Below are positions 39,837-49,544 of a stretch of DNA of 64,000 bases, in pieces; positions within the stretch are counted from its first letter, which is position 1, and each line of letters starts with the position of its first letter. Source of the DNA: Patescibacteria group bacterium (lineage in GTDB: Bacteria > Patescibacteriota > Minisyncoccia > Phycocordibacterales > UBA918); assembly GCA_040386275.1 (NCBI GenBank), contig JAZKFU010000008.1, positions 6,853-70,852 of the forward strand. Reading direction: 5' to 3'. The position numbers were made by a program, and so were the translations under genes. The notes under the pieces were generated by a model. The model searched no databases and was not told the DNA's origin. It saw nothing but the letters and a program-made list of their open reading frames with translations.

Positions 39837-42314
39837 ATGGAGCGACAGCCGACTGTAATTCGTCCCAACATTGTGTCTTCTGAGGCTTTTTTGCAGCCTC
39901 CGGTGAATAATGAGCGAATTGAACCCCAAGCAATTGATCCAGCCTACCCACGGTACGAAAAAACTACTACAGAAATACTGCCCACCATCCCAACTAAAAT
40001 TGTTCCCATTATTCCAGAAAATATTGTAGTGATGGATGCGTCATTACAAGCGCTCAAAAAATTTATTGATAATCCGGTTACGGCCGAAGAAATTCCCAAC
40101 AAAGAAGCATTTATGCGGAATGTTTTTCCATGGATTGTTAACGCGCTTTCAAACGCCGAATATGATGCTGCCGGAATTGATGCATTTTTAAAGCAATCAA
40201 TTGATACGATTGATTTTCACGCCCCAACCGAAAAATATTTACATGATATCAACCGAGTGTTACAAAATATCTGGAAGCAGGTAGTGGTAGAAAAAGGAGC
40301 TACACCGCATGAGGTACGACCGGTAGTGCCTGTTAGTGAACCTTTACTGCTTACGAAAAAGGAACAAGTACAAGATATACTTGTTTCAAGTGGCCCAATG
40401 GTAGAAAAGGTTGATGCAAGCAAAGTGTCCAGCGCGACTACAAAAGCGTTTGAGAATACATTAGAATCTTTGGATAGCGAGCCGTTTAATCGAGAAGCGT
40501 ATTTGCAGTTTGTGTATGAAGTACATACGTCACTTCGTGATCGGTATGATGCGGTAACAAAAAGTGCTCAACAAAATCTCAAACGGTATAGCGAATTTTA
40601 CACACCTTCACCAACCGAAAAAGAAGCGTTACAGTTTTTGTCTACCCTTAAATCACAGTATGTACGTTTGCAGTCAAAAAACTCGCTTTTGGGAGTTACG
40701 CGCGCTGAAGTAATGAATAGCTTAAATAAAACTGATGGGTTTACCAAAGAAGACGAGGTGAAAACATTTATCCATGATTACCTCGCGGGGACAGAAAATT
40801 TGTTTACCAGTATTGAACGGCTCGAAGCAATGATTGAGTCGGCTAAAGGAGAAGAAAAGCCAGCCTTGGGCGAGGCGTACCGCACCCAGTTTGAAAGTTT
40901 GCGTGTTGCCGGTGAAAAAATTCTCACCACGTTACCTACCAGTCATCCACTGTATAACGATTTTAAAGTAGTAGTTGAAAAAGGGATAGGGGATTTAATT
41001 ACGGCCGCGGCCGTAGAAAATAACGGAGACAAAGCAGTCCTCGAGCGTTCATCATATTTTATAATTTTGCGTGACCGGGTAAAAGCATCTATCGCGTATA
41101 TTCAAGCGGAGCAAGAATTTGAAAACTTTAAACAACGACAACTTCGGTTAGTGCAAACATTAGAGTCGTCCCTAACGGCTGGCACCGAAATGTTACCGCA
41201 AGAAAAGGTAGTGCTTAAAAAAACAATTCTTGAAAATATTGAAAAGATTAATCATGCGCTTACTAAAGCGGGTGCCTTGCCCGCGGGCGCCAGTTTGTTG
41301 TCATTATCGCAATCAACTCTAGAGAGCGCCACAAAAGACTTTGCGACTGAACGTGAACAAGTGAAGTTGCTGTTGGGTGAAACAAAAGAAATCCTGAAAG
41401 AATTACAAAACGATACATCGTTATTGATGACTACCGAGTCACCAGATACAGAGAAAGTGAGTGAGTCAGTGCCAGAGCCAACTCCAGTAGTAGACGCCAT
41501 ACTAGTGCCGTTACATGAACGTTCGCAAAGGTACGCATCGGAAATTTCTGAATCGGCAGTTAGTCGTGACCGTTTACGTCAAATCCGCTCACTTTTTAAA
41601 CCAGCGCGTATCGGGATGTTGGCTCTTGTAGCCGCTGCGTTTGGTTCAGATCAATATAAACCAACTAACACTAATGGGGGAGCATTATCACTTTCTACGT
41701 TAATGGGTGTATCAACTTCCGCTATCACCCCGGAATTATCGCTTGATAGAATGGCGATTGAAGAATTTTTAAAGCATGCAACGCAATCTAAAGAAGAGGT
41801 ACAAGGAAACGTTGACAGTCTGCCGTTGGTAGAAATTCCTAAGCTGACATCGATACCTGAAGTGACTGAAGAAGTGCCGGGGGTAGTGTTGCCTTCTACG
41901 GTGTATTCTGTGCCTGAAGCAAATATTCCACGGGAATTAAAAATATTTGGTGCAGCTGACACGATACCGTTTGACCCGAAAATGAGTTTTAATTCGCCAA
42001 CCCAATCAGAACAAGGAGCGATGTATACCGAAAAAGACTTTCATACCCTACAGTACGGCGATATATTTTGGGATATTAGTGAAGGCGAGACGCTTGCCGG
42101 GACGTTGCCGGTAATGAAGCAAATCAATCCTTATTTTAAGCAGCATCTGATTGATCGTCTGCGAGATCGAATCAACAAGAGTCCTGAATTACGTAAAAAA
42201 ATTGGTGGCTTTGGCGATACCGCTAATGAATTAGTTACCGGAGCACGTATGAATCTCAAAGTCCTTAATGAAGAGTTTACGATAGAAGCAGTTAACGCGG
42301 GTTATTTACAATAA
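39837..42314 (+). CDS. large hypothetical protein (825 aa), mostly alpha-helical with one probable TM segment
   Basis: Starts 7 bp after the ATPase gene; coiled-coil-like; hydrophobic stretch ARIGMLALVAAAFG. Confidence 0.55.
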   Translation: MERQPTVIRPNIVSSEAFLQPPVNNERIEPQAIDPAYPRYEKTTTEILPTIPTKIVPIIPENIVVMDASLQALKKFIDNPVTAEEIPNKEAFMRNVFPWIVNALSNAEYDAAGIDAFLKQSIDTIDFHAPTEKYLHDINRVLQNIWKQVVVEKGATPHEVRPVVPVSEPLLLTKKEQVQDILVSSGPMVEKVDASKVSSATTKAFENTLESLDSEPFNREAYLQFVYEVHTSLRDRYDAVTKSAQQNLKRYSEFYTPSPTEKEALQFLSTLKSQYVRLQSKNSLLGVTRAEVMNSLNKTDGFTKEDEVKTFIHDYLAGTENLFTSIERLEAMIESAKGEEKPALGEAYRTQFESLRVAGEKILTTLPTSHPLYNDFKVVVEKGIGDLITAAAVENNGDKAVLERSSYFIILRDRVKASIAYIQAEQEFENFKQRQLRLVQTLESSLTAGTEMLPQEKVVLKKTILENIEKINHALTKAGALPAGASLLSLSQSTLESATKDFATEREQVKLLLGETKEILKELQNDTSLLMTTESPDTEKVSESVPEPTPVVDAILVPLHERSQRYASEISESAVSRDRLRQIRSLFKPARIGMLALVAAAFGSDQYKPTNTNGGALSLSTLMGVSTSAITPELSLDRMAIEEFLKHATQSKEEVQGNVDSLPLVEIPKLTSIPEVTEEVPGVVLPSTVYSVPEANIPRELKIFGAADTIPFDPKMSFNSPTQSEQGAMYTEKDFHTLQYGDIFWDISEGETLAGTLPVMKQINPYFKQHLIDRLRDRINKSPELRKKIGGFGDTANELVTGARMNLKVLNEEFTIEAVNAGYLQ

Positions 42315-42323
42315 TTATTTGGT

Positions 42324-42614
42324 ATGCACATTACACCCACTATGATGCAAGAGATATCGCAGGTACTGCAAATTGATACGCTATCAGAAGCAGAGCAAAA
42401 TGCTCTTAATGAACGAGTAGGAAATGAAGTGTTGGAAAATACCTTGCTTTTGTATTTGAACGGGTTAAATGAGTGGGAACAATCTTCGTTTCAACAATGG
42501 ATAACTGCTCATGCTGGTGATGCTGATATGATGGCCGATTTATTATTGCTGTATCCTGATTTTGGAAAAATACTCTCCCAACAAATAATATTACTTGCCC
42601 AAAAATCTCAGTAA
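42324..42614 (+). CDS. small hypothetical protein (96 aa)
   Basis: Tightly linked ORF in the same cluster. Confidence 0.4.
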   Translation: MHITPTMMQEISQVLQIDTLSEAEQNALNERVGNEVLENTLLLYLNGLNEWEQSSFQQWITAHAGDADMMADLLLLYPDFGKILSQQIILLAQKSQ

Positions 42615-42662
42615 TATATTTTTACGTTTCAGTAATACACAGGTGATGGTGAGTGGTCAGTA

Positions 42663-44441
42663 ATGACTGACAGATATCAATGGTATGATAGGGTATCTAT
42701 GACAGCAGACGTACGTTCTTTGCAGGCGACAGTGCCTGAAACATTTGATTTTGATTCTCAGTCGGGAATACTTTTTATTCTGCGTGCCATTCGTGTTGCT
42801 CCGATTGAACAAGCGGTTAAAAACTCGCTTAAAGACCAAGTTTTTTTGTATAACACCGGTGCCAAAGACCCAACAATTAAACAAAAATTAGAACAAAGTC
42901 TTCATGATGCAGCGGTGACTCCAGAAGTAGTTGCGCATGATATCGCGCGGACGGCTGAAGCTACAAAAGCGACGGTAGAGACCGCACCAGTTTCTGGGTT
43001 TGGGTTGGGTAGATTAGCACCAGTTTTTGCGACCAGTGCCGTTACGAGCGAACCAGTGTCCGCACCTGTGGCAAATGTCACTGACGCCCCAATTAAAAAA
43101 ATTGCACCGAGCATCCCGATGCCTTCTCGACCAGTAGTAGCGGTACCGGTTGCACCAACTATTGTTAAAGTTTCAGTACCAACCGCACCAAGTGCTGATC
43201 AAGCTCTTGTTGATGTGGTGGTTCCCGAAAAAAATCCTGAACCAATTGTACCGGTGGCACCAGTAGTTCCGATTGCAGTGGTGGCTCCAGCTCCCGTTGC
43301 TCCGCCAGTTATAGCTCCAGAACCGGTAGCTCCGCAAGCACCCACTATGTCACATGATGCAGCCTCCCGCATGGAGCGAATTCGGGTAATAAAATCTACC
43401 GTTAATGACCGCATTGGTAATCCCGTTAATTTGGTGGATGTCGACAATGGGTTAGGACGTGAATATATGAGTGCCTTGCTTGAAGCCATGAAGTTACTCA
43501 GCAGTGCTTCTGAAGCCGAATCTATGCAGGCTATGAATCGGTTGGAGTCTGTCTACACGCAAGTGCTCACGTTACTTGATACCTTAGAAGCAAAATCGCA
43601 ACCGGCCCCCGTTGCTGCACCAGCCCCCGCACCAACTCCTGTGATTACGCCAATTACTCCGGTACCTCCTATCAGTGCTCCGGTTGTTCCAGCTCCTATG
43701 GTGGATGCGTCTGCGGTTGAACGAATTGCTCCGGTAGTCCCTCTGGCAGCAGCACCGGTAGCGCAAACCCCGGCACCTGACTTTTTAATGCGCAGTAAAG
43801 TAGTTGATAAGATTGTTCCGGAAGGTCCGGTGAGTGGTTGGAGTCAGAGTGAACAGGTTGAGAGTGTATCACCAGTAGCTTCGATGGAGACACTTGATTC
43901 GGTTGCTAATCGGGTCGCACCTCAAGATGCGGTAGTGGTTAATCGTTTATCAACCCCTCCAGCCGAACCCCTACGACAAATTAAAGCTACTAGTGTGCCG
44001 TCATACCAACCTGAATCGGTACAGTCAGTTACTGATCAAGCGGCGCCATTACGTAATTTAAGCGAACTTAAAACTGCTGATGAAGTGAGTGCTATTGAGG
44101 CGATGCAAAACAATCCTTTGTATACCAAAGATGTAGATGCAGGCCTGGAGCAGTTACTAGGAGAATGGTCAATCTTTAAAAAGAGTGGACTGTTTGGTAC
44201 GGGACCTAAAGGACGGGAACACCCGTTGTACCAAAAAATTTCCACCATGCACCTTCCGCTAATTTTGGCAGGACGATTTGAAGGATCAACCCAAGAAATA
44301 AAGCAAAGTATTACCGACTATATGAACGGTTGGCGCTATGAACAGGGAATTGTCTATGATCAGGGAGAGACACTTGATCAGTATTTGCGCCGTGTCATCC
44401 GCCATATCATTGATTTGCAGAAATCTAAACGTCGTCCATAA
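42663..44441 (+). CDS. Pro/Ala/Val-rich hypothetical protein (592 aa)
   Basis: Two long PAPVxP low-complexity linkers separating globular segments. Confidence 0.5.
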   Translation: MTDRYQWYDRVSMTADVRSLQATVPETFDFDSQSGILFILRAIRVAPIEQAVKNSLKDQVFLYNTGAKDPTIKQKLEQSLHDAAVTPEVVAHDIARTAEATKATVETAPVSGFGLGRLAPVFATSAVTSEPVSAPVANVTDAPIKKIAPSIPMPSRPVVAVPVAPTIVKVSVPTAPSADQALVDVVVPEKNPEPIVPVAPVVPIAVVAPAPVAPPVIAPEPVAPQAPTMSHDAASRMERIRVIKSTVNDRIGNPVNLVDVDNGLGREYMSALLEAMKLLSSASEAESMQAMNRLESVYTQVLTLLDTLEAKSQPAPVAAPAPAPTPVITPITPVPPISAPVVPAPMVDASAVERIAPVVPLAAAPVAQTPAPDFLMRSKVVDKIVPEGPVSGWSQSEQVESVSPVASMETLDSVANRVAPQDAVVVNRLSTPPAEPLRQIKATSVPSYQPESVQSVTDQAAPLRNLSELKTADEVSAIEAMQNNPLYTKDVDAGLEQLLGEWSIFKKSGLFGTGPKGREHPLYQKISTMHLPLILAGRFEGSTQEIKQSITDYMNGWRYEQGIVYDQGETLDQYLRRVIRHIIDLQKSKRRP

Positions 44442-44450
44442 TAGAGAGTA

Positions 44451-45077
44451 ATGATTCGTCATCACGCACTGTTACTCCAGGGGAAGTCTTTTACTGACAG
44501 TGAATATTTCACCCGTGATTTTGATTCTACTTCAGAATATGAAGTCTTTCACTTTGAAACCCTCTCAATCGGGGAAGTGCGAAAAATAATTCAAGCTGCC
44601 TACGTAAAGCCATTTCATGGTGAAGTCAAAACCATGGTTTTAGAAGCGCAGTCAATTGCCATTGAAGCCCAGCACGCGCTCTTAAAGGTTCTCGAGGAAC
44701 CACCGCTGACCACCCAGTTTATTTTAGTACTTAATTCAACCGAGGGGTTGTTGCCGACATTACTGTCCCGGGTGATGCAACCGGCGGACACAAGTCGGTT
44801 ACCGAGAACAACCAATTCATTTTTTACCATATTTCAAACCAGTTCGTACGCAGCGCGGCTCGATGTTATTAGTCGAATTACTAAAGACAAAGATGTTAGT
44901 CAAATAGATTTACTCCGCGATGGGATATTGTGGTATTTAGAACAACAACCTCCAACTCCGAGTTCTGCAGTGATGCTCGACTGTGTCACTAAATTAAACC
45001 TCCGTGGGTCATCAAAAAAAATGCTGTTGGAAGAGATAGCGTTGACGTTGCCTATCACTAATCCTGAAACTAAATAA
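44451..45077 (+). CDS. holB: DNA polymerase III delta-prime-like subunit (minimal, no Walker A)
   Basis: HALLLQG, ALLKVLEEPP and LLPTLLSRV correspond to HolB HALLIQA / ALLKTLEEPP / LLATLRSRC. Confidence 0.55.
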   Translation: MIRHHALLLQGKSFTDSEYFTRDFDSTSEYEVFHFETLSIGEVRKIIQAAYVKPFHGEVKTMVLEAQSIAIEAQHALLKVLEEPPLTTQFILVLNSTEGLLPTLLSRVMQPADTSRLPRTTNSFFTIFQTSSYAARLDVISRITKDKDVSQIDLLRDGILWYLEQQPPTPSSAVMLDCVTKLNLRGSSKKMLLEEIALTLPITNPETK

Positions 45078-45081
45078 TAAA

Positions 45082-45284
45082 GAAGCTATGAAAACGGCAC
45101 ATTGCGTTGTCACTGCTGCGGTACATTTCCTTCCGCCGTGAGAAAGTCTGGGAGACTTTCGCAAGAGGTTGCCAGCTCTTTTGTAAAAGAGCGATAACCT
45201 GAACAGCTTCTGTAAGAAGCAAGAAGTACGTCTACAGAAAATGTCCTTGCGTTCCTAGCACTGCACTCGTTTTCATAGCTTCTT
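45082..45284. mobile_element. MITE-like element with perfect 16-bp terminal inverted repeats
   Basis: agaagctatgaaaacg (45082-45097) and cgttttcatagcttct (45269-45284) are exact reverse complements; interior carries structured-motif copy 3 and a hairpin-repeat fragment. Confidence 0.45.
45138..45216 (-). ncRNA. structured RNA-like motif, copy 3
   Basis: Reverse complement gives CUUACAGAAGCUGUUCA-[GGUUAUCGCUCUUUUACAAAAGAGCUGGCAACC]-UCUUGCGAA-AGUCUCCCAGACU-UUCUCAC. Confidence 0.4.
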
Positions 45285-45330
45285 ATGATATACTCATAAA
45301 AACAACAATATAAATTAATTTGACCACGGT

Positions 45331-45873
45331 ATGGATTCTGAATACGAAAAAAAATTAAAAGAGGTCATTGAATTTTTACAAAAGGAATTCGTGACAATTC
45401 GAACAGGGCAGGCAACTCCGGCTTTGCTTGATAGTATCAAGGTAGAATCCTACGGTACGTATATGCCAATTGTGCAGGTGGGATCAATTGGGGTAGAAGA
45501 TGCCCGCACGTTGCGTATTTCTACCTGGGACGCGTCTTTGATTCCCGCTATTGAACGGGCGATTCGTGATTCAGATTTAGGGGTATCGGTATCTTCGGAT
45601 TCAGCGGGGTTGCGAGTTATCTTTCCTGATCTCACTGCTGAACGACGTCAACAAATTGTAAAAATTGCAAAAAGTAAATTAGAAGATGCACGCGTAGCGG
45701 TTAGAGCGGTACGGGATGATGCCATGAAGGCTATTGATAGTGCGCTAAAAGCTGGTGACATTAGTGAAGATGATAAACACACGCAACGCGAAAAGGTTCA
45801 AAAAGCGGTAGATGTAACCAATCGCACCCTGGAAGCGGTCTTTGAAAAGAAAGAAGTTGAAATTTCTAAATAA
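45331..45873 (+). CDS. frr: ribosome recycling factor
   Basis: Full-length RRF similarity (…VESYGTYMPIVQVGSIGVEDARTLRISTWD…). Confidence 0.9.
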   Translation: MDSEYEKKLKEVIEFLQKEFVTIRTGQATPALLDSIKVESYGTYMPIVQVGSIGVEDARTLRISTWDASLIPAIERAIRDSDLGVSVSSDSAGLRVIFPDLTAERRQQIVKIAKSKLEDARVAVRAVRDDAMKAIDSALKAGDISEDDKHTQREKVQKAVDVTNRTLEAVFEKKEVEISK

Positions 45874-45878
45874 TATCT

Positions 45879-46976
45879 ATGTCAACCATCCTCATTTTTT
45901 TGGCTGTATTGTTCGTACTCATTTTAGTCCATGAATGGGGGCATTTTATTGTTGCCAAGTTAACCAAAATGCGCGTTGACGAATTTGCGATTGGCTTTCC
46001 ACCGCGATTATTCTCGTGGAAACGAGGGGAAACTGAATACAGTTTAAATGCATTGCCATTAGGTGGTTATGTTCGTATTTACGGGGAAGACCCAACAGCT
46101 GTCGCAGGAACTGATCCTGATAGTGCCCGCGCGTTTGGATCACGACCAAAATGGGCTCAGGCATTAGTGTTAATTGCCGGGGTAACCATGAACTGGATTT
46201 TTGCCTGGCTATTGCTCGTAATTATTATGTTGGTCGGTGTGCCTACTCAAATTGAGGAACAAAACGCCACACCACAATCCGTGGTCTATATTGATAGTGT
46301 ATTACCGGGAGCCCCCGCTGATACCGTATTACCGCCTCAATCAAAAATCGTAAGCGTCGTACAAGGTGACAATGAGCTCTCGCCCATACTCCCGTCAACC
46401 TTTAGTGACTTTGTAGCCGAAAATGCGGGTAACGCAATTGATGTGACCTACGAAACCAGTGCCGGTGTAGTAGAAACAGCAACACTTATTCCGCAAACTG
46501 GCGTTATTGAAAGTTCGCCTGATCGAGCGGCGTTGGGAGTTGGATTGACGCTTGTTGATACCGTTAAGAAATCATTTGGCGATGCAATTATTGAAGCGAG
46601 TGTACAAACTTACACTCTGACGAAAGCGATAACCGTAGGGTTATTTAGTTTAATTGGTTCAGTATTTCAAGGAGACGCTGACTTTTCACAAGTGTCGGGA
46701 CCAGTGGGAATTGTAAAGTACGTAGGGGAAGCTGCTTCGGTAGGGCTCACCTCATTGTTATTTTTCACCGCGATAATTTCTATTAACTTAGCGGTAATAA
46801 ACTTATTACCAATCCCTGCGCTTGACGGCGGACGGTTAGTGTTTGTAGCTATAGAAGCTATCACTCGTCGACCAATTCCACCGGTTTGGGCTTCGAGAGT
46901 TAACTTGGTTGGGTTTGCGGCTTTGATGCTGCTGATGCTAGCAGCAACCATCAGCGACATTAACAAGTTGTTTTAA
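45879..46976 (+). CDS. rseP: RIP metalloprotease RseP (site-2 protease)
   Basis: HEWGHFIVAKL HExxH motif, PDZ-like middle region, NLLPIPALDGGRLVF motif. Confidence 0.85.
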   Translation: MSTILIFLAVLFVLILVHEWGHFIVAKLTKMRVDEFAIGFPPRLFSWKRGETEYSLNALPLGGYVRIYGEDPTAVAGTDPDSARAFGSRPKWAQALVLIAGVTMNWIFAWLLLVIIMLVGVPTQIEEQNATPQSVVYIDSVLPGAPADTVLPPQSKIVSVVQGDNELSPILPSTFSDFVAENAGNAIDVTYETSAGVVETATLIPQTGVIESSPDRAALGVGLTLVDTVKKSFGDAIIEASVQTYTLTKAITVGLFSLIGSVFQGDADFSQVSGPVGIVKYVGEAASVGLTSLLFFTAIISINLAVINLLPIPALDGGRLVFVAIEAITRRPIPPVWASRVNLVGFAALMLLMLAATISDINKLF

Positions 46977-46989
46977 CGGCTTTCGTAAG

Positions 46990-47095
46990 CGGCGCACTTC
47001 TGCGTTGAATTTCATAAAATAAACTTCAACGTACAAAAAGTACGCCTCAGCTTATTTTCTTCATTCGCCTTGAATTGCATCCACTTACAAAACCC
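46990..47095. repeat. intergenic hairpin repeat family member (variant AACGTAC…GTACGCC)
   Basis: ttctgcgttgaatttcataaaat…tcaACGTACaaaaaGTACGCctc…attttcttca…ccttgaattgcatc. Confidence 0.6.
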
Positions 47096-47144
47096 TCACA
47101 AGTCTAAACTTGGAGAATTTATTTTTTAATGGTATTTTTAAAAT

Positions 47145-48401
47145 ATGCGACAGACACATTTGTTTACGAAGACTCGGAAGGAGGCACCAGCGGATGAAGT
47201 GGCCAAGAATGCTCAGTTATTGATTCGTGCTGGATACGTTTATAAGAATATGGCGGGAGCGTATACGTTTTTGCCGTTAGGGCTTCGGGTGATTAGTAAA
47301 ATTAACCAGATTATCCGTGAAGAAATGGATGCTATCGGTGGGCAAGAGCTCACTATGCCAGCCCTGCAGGACACTGAATTGTGGGAGAAATCGGGACGCT
47401 GGAGTGATGATGTGGTGGATGTGTGGTTTAAGTCTGAACTTAAAGCCGGTGGCGTGATTGGTTTTGGGTGGACTCACGAAGAAGTGATAACAAACTTAAT
47501 GCGACAGTTTATTTCATCGTATAAAGATTTGCCAAAATTCCCCTACCAAATTCAAAAAAAGTTTCGTAACGAAATGCGCGCTAAGAGTGGCATTATGCGT
47601 ACGCGCGAGTTTGATATGAAAGATCTCTATTCTTTTTGTGCTACGCAAGAACAGCACGATGCGTTTTATGCAGCTTGTGCCGGAGCGTACAAAAAAGTAT
47701 TTATACGCTTAGGAATAGGCGAGCAAACGTTTCAGACGTTTGCCTCGGGCGGAGCGTTTTGTAAGTTTAGTCATGAATTCCAAACAATAGCTGAAGCTGG
47801 CGAAGATATTGTGTATGTAAACGAAGGTAAGGGAATTGCCGTGAATGAAGAAGTGCTTGAAGAAGCAGATTTAAGTGAACTCGGTGTTACGAGAGAAGAG
47901 CTTGTGAAAAAGAGTAGTATTGAAGTCGGTAATATTTTCTCACTCGGAACTAAATTCTCAGAAGCACTCGACCTCACCTTTACCGATGAAAACGGAGAAC
48001 AAAAACCAGTCATTATGGGTAGTTACGGTATTGGACCGGCGCGGTCTATGGGTACTATCGTTGATTTACTCTCAGACGAGAAAGGAATTGTCTGGCCCGA
48101 ATCAGTGGCACCGTTTCTAGTGCACTTGGTAGCACTTAATACTGATGATGCTGAAATTCGAGATTACGCTGAGGGGGTATACGCGTCGTTTAAAGATCGT
48201 GGTGTTGAAGTATTGTTTGATGATCGAGACGCGCGAGCCGGGGAGAAATTTGCCGACAGTGATTTATTAGGGATGCCGTACCGCGTGGTAGTAAGTAAAA
48301 AACTCAAAGAATCAGGACAATTTGAAGTAGTGACGCGTAAAACCGGTGAAGTGCGGTTACTGACAGAGGAGGAATTATTTGCGGATTTAGTGGGTGAATA
48401 G
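47145..48401 (+). CDS. proS: prolyl-tRNA synthetase, short bacterial form lacking the INS editing domain
   Basis: MRQTHLFTKTRKEAPADEVAKNAQLLIRAGYV N-terminus, class II motifs, anticodon-binding domain; only 418 aa. Confidence 0.85.
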   Translation: MRQTHLFTKTRKEAPADEVAKNAQLLIRAGYVYKNMAGAYTFLPLGLRVISKINQIIREEMDAIGGQELTMPALQDTELWEKSGRWSDDVVDVWFKSELKAGGVIGFGWTHEEVITNLMRQFISSYKDLPKFPYQIQKKFRNEMRAKSGIMRTREFDMKDLYSFCATQEQHDAFYAACAGAYKKVFIRLGIGEQTFQTFASGGAFCKFSHEFQTIAEAGEDIVYVNEGKGIAVNEEVLEEADLSELGVTREELVKKSSIEVGNIFSLGTKFSEALDLTFTDENGEQKPVIMGSYGIGPARSMGTIVDLLSDEKGIVWPESVAPFLVHLVALNTDDAEIRDYAEGVYASFKDRGVEVLFDDRDARAGEKFADSDLLGMPYRVVVSKKLKESGQFEVVTRKTGEVRLLTEEELFADLVGE

Positions 48402-48467
48402 GCAACTACACATCAATTAGTGTAATCTTTTGGTAATACTGCCCATTCGTAGTAAGATAAGTCATCT

Positions 48468-49544
48468 ATGAGTTTTATTGGTCGCAGCTTTGGAAAACTA
48501 CTTAATTCGTTGTCGACGGACATTGGAATTGATTTGGGAACAGCCAATACATTAATGTATGTCAAAGGAAAAGGCATCATTTTAAATGAACCAACCATTG
48601 TTGCGATAAATAAAAAAACCGGTCAGTTGGTAGCAGTGGGAAATGAAGCGCGTGCGATGCAGGGTCGTACGCCGACACATATTGAAGTAGTGCGCCCTTT
48701 AGTTGATGGGGTGATTTCTGACTTTGAAGTGACCGAAGAAATGTTAGGGTATTTGATTGCCAAGGTACGGAGTGAAATGCGAACATTAATTGCCCCGCGC
48801 GTACTCGTGGGGGTGCCGTCAGGTATTACCAACGTAGAGATGCGCGCCGCGCGAGATGCCGCTCGTAACGCTGGCGCCCGTGAAGTATTTTTAATTGAAG
48901 AACCGATGGCGGCCGCTATTGGTGCAAAATTACCGGTGGGTAAAGCGGTAGGGAGCATGATTATTGATATTGGTGGCGGGACTACTGACATTGCCGTCAT
49001 TTCACTTAATGGAATAGTGGTTGCAAAAAATCTACGGGTAGCCGGTGATCATTTGAGTACTGCCATTTCCACCTACATTCGTGATCAGTTTAAGGTGTAT
49101 GTTGGAGAAAAAACTGCTGAAGATGTTAAAATTGCGTTAGCGGCCGTTGAACATAAAGATGGTGCCAAAGAACATGTTATTCGCGGTCGCGATGTGATGA
49201 CGGGTCTTCCCCGTGAAGTAGTTATTACCGACAGTGATGTGCGAGATGCAATTGCGCCACAAGTTGATAGTATAGTAGAAGCAGTACGTACGGTACTGGA
49301 GAAAACCCCACCGGAAGTATTAGCTGATATCATGCAACGAGGCATCCATCTTTCAGGCGGTGGAGCCCTAATTCCTGGACTCCAACAACTATTACAAGAA
49401 GTGCTTGAAGTGCCAGTGATTGTAGTGCCTGATCCACTTCGGGCTGTGGTACGCGGGACGGGAATCGTAATCGAGAACTTAGAATTCTATGCAGAAATCC
49501 TCATTGATAAAGAAGGCGAACTCTCGCCGCACCTCACCGACTAG
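48468..49544 (+). CDS. mreB: rod shape-determining protein MreB (paralog 2, heads the mreBCD-mrdA cluster)
   Basis: IGIDLGTANTLMYV, DIGGGTTDIAVIS. Confidence 0.9.
   Translation: MSFIGRSFGKLLNSLSTDIGIDLGTANTLMYVKGKGIILNEPTIVAINKKTGQLVAVGNEARAMQGRTPTHIEVVRPLVDGVISDFEVTEEMLGYLIAKVRSEMRTLIAPRVLVGVPSGITNVEMRAARDAARNAGAREVFLIEEPMAAAIGAKLPVGKAVGSMIIDIGGGTTDIAVISLNGIVVAKNLRVAGDHLSTAISTYIRDQFKVYVGEKTAEDVKIALAAVEHKDGAKEHVIRGRDVMTGLPREVVITDSDVRDAIAPQVDSIVEAVRTVLEKTPPEVLADIMQRGIHLSGGGALIPGLQQLLQEVLEVPVIVVPDPLRAVVRGTGIVIENLEFYAEILIDKEGELSPHLTD

Noticed and set aside
42902-44248. Minus-strand ORFs inside the Pro/Ala-rich gene (42902-43114, 43199-43489, 43584-43893, 44036-44248)
   Set aside because: Artefacts of low-complexity GC-rich codons on the opposite strand.
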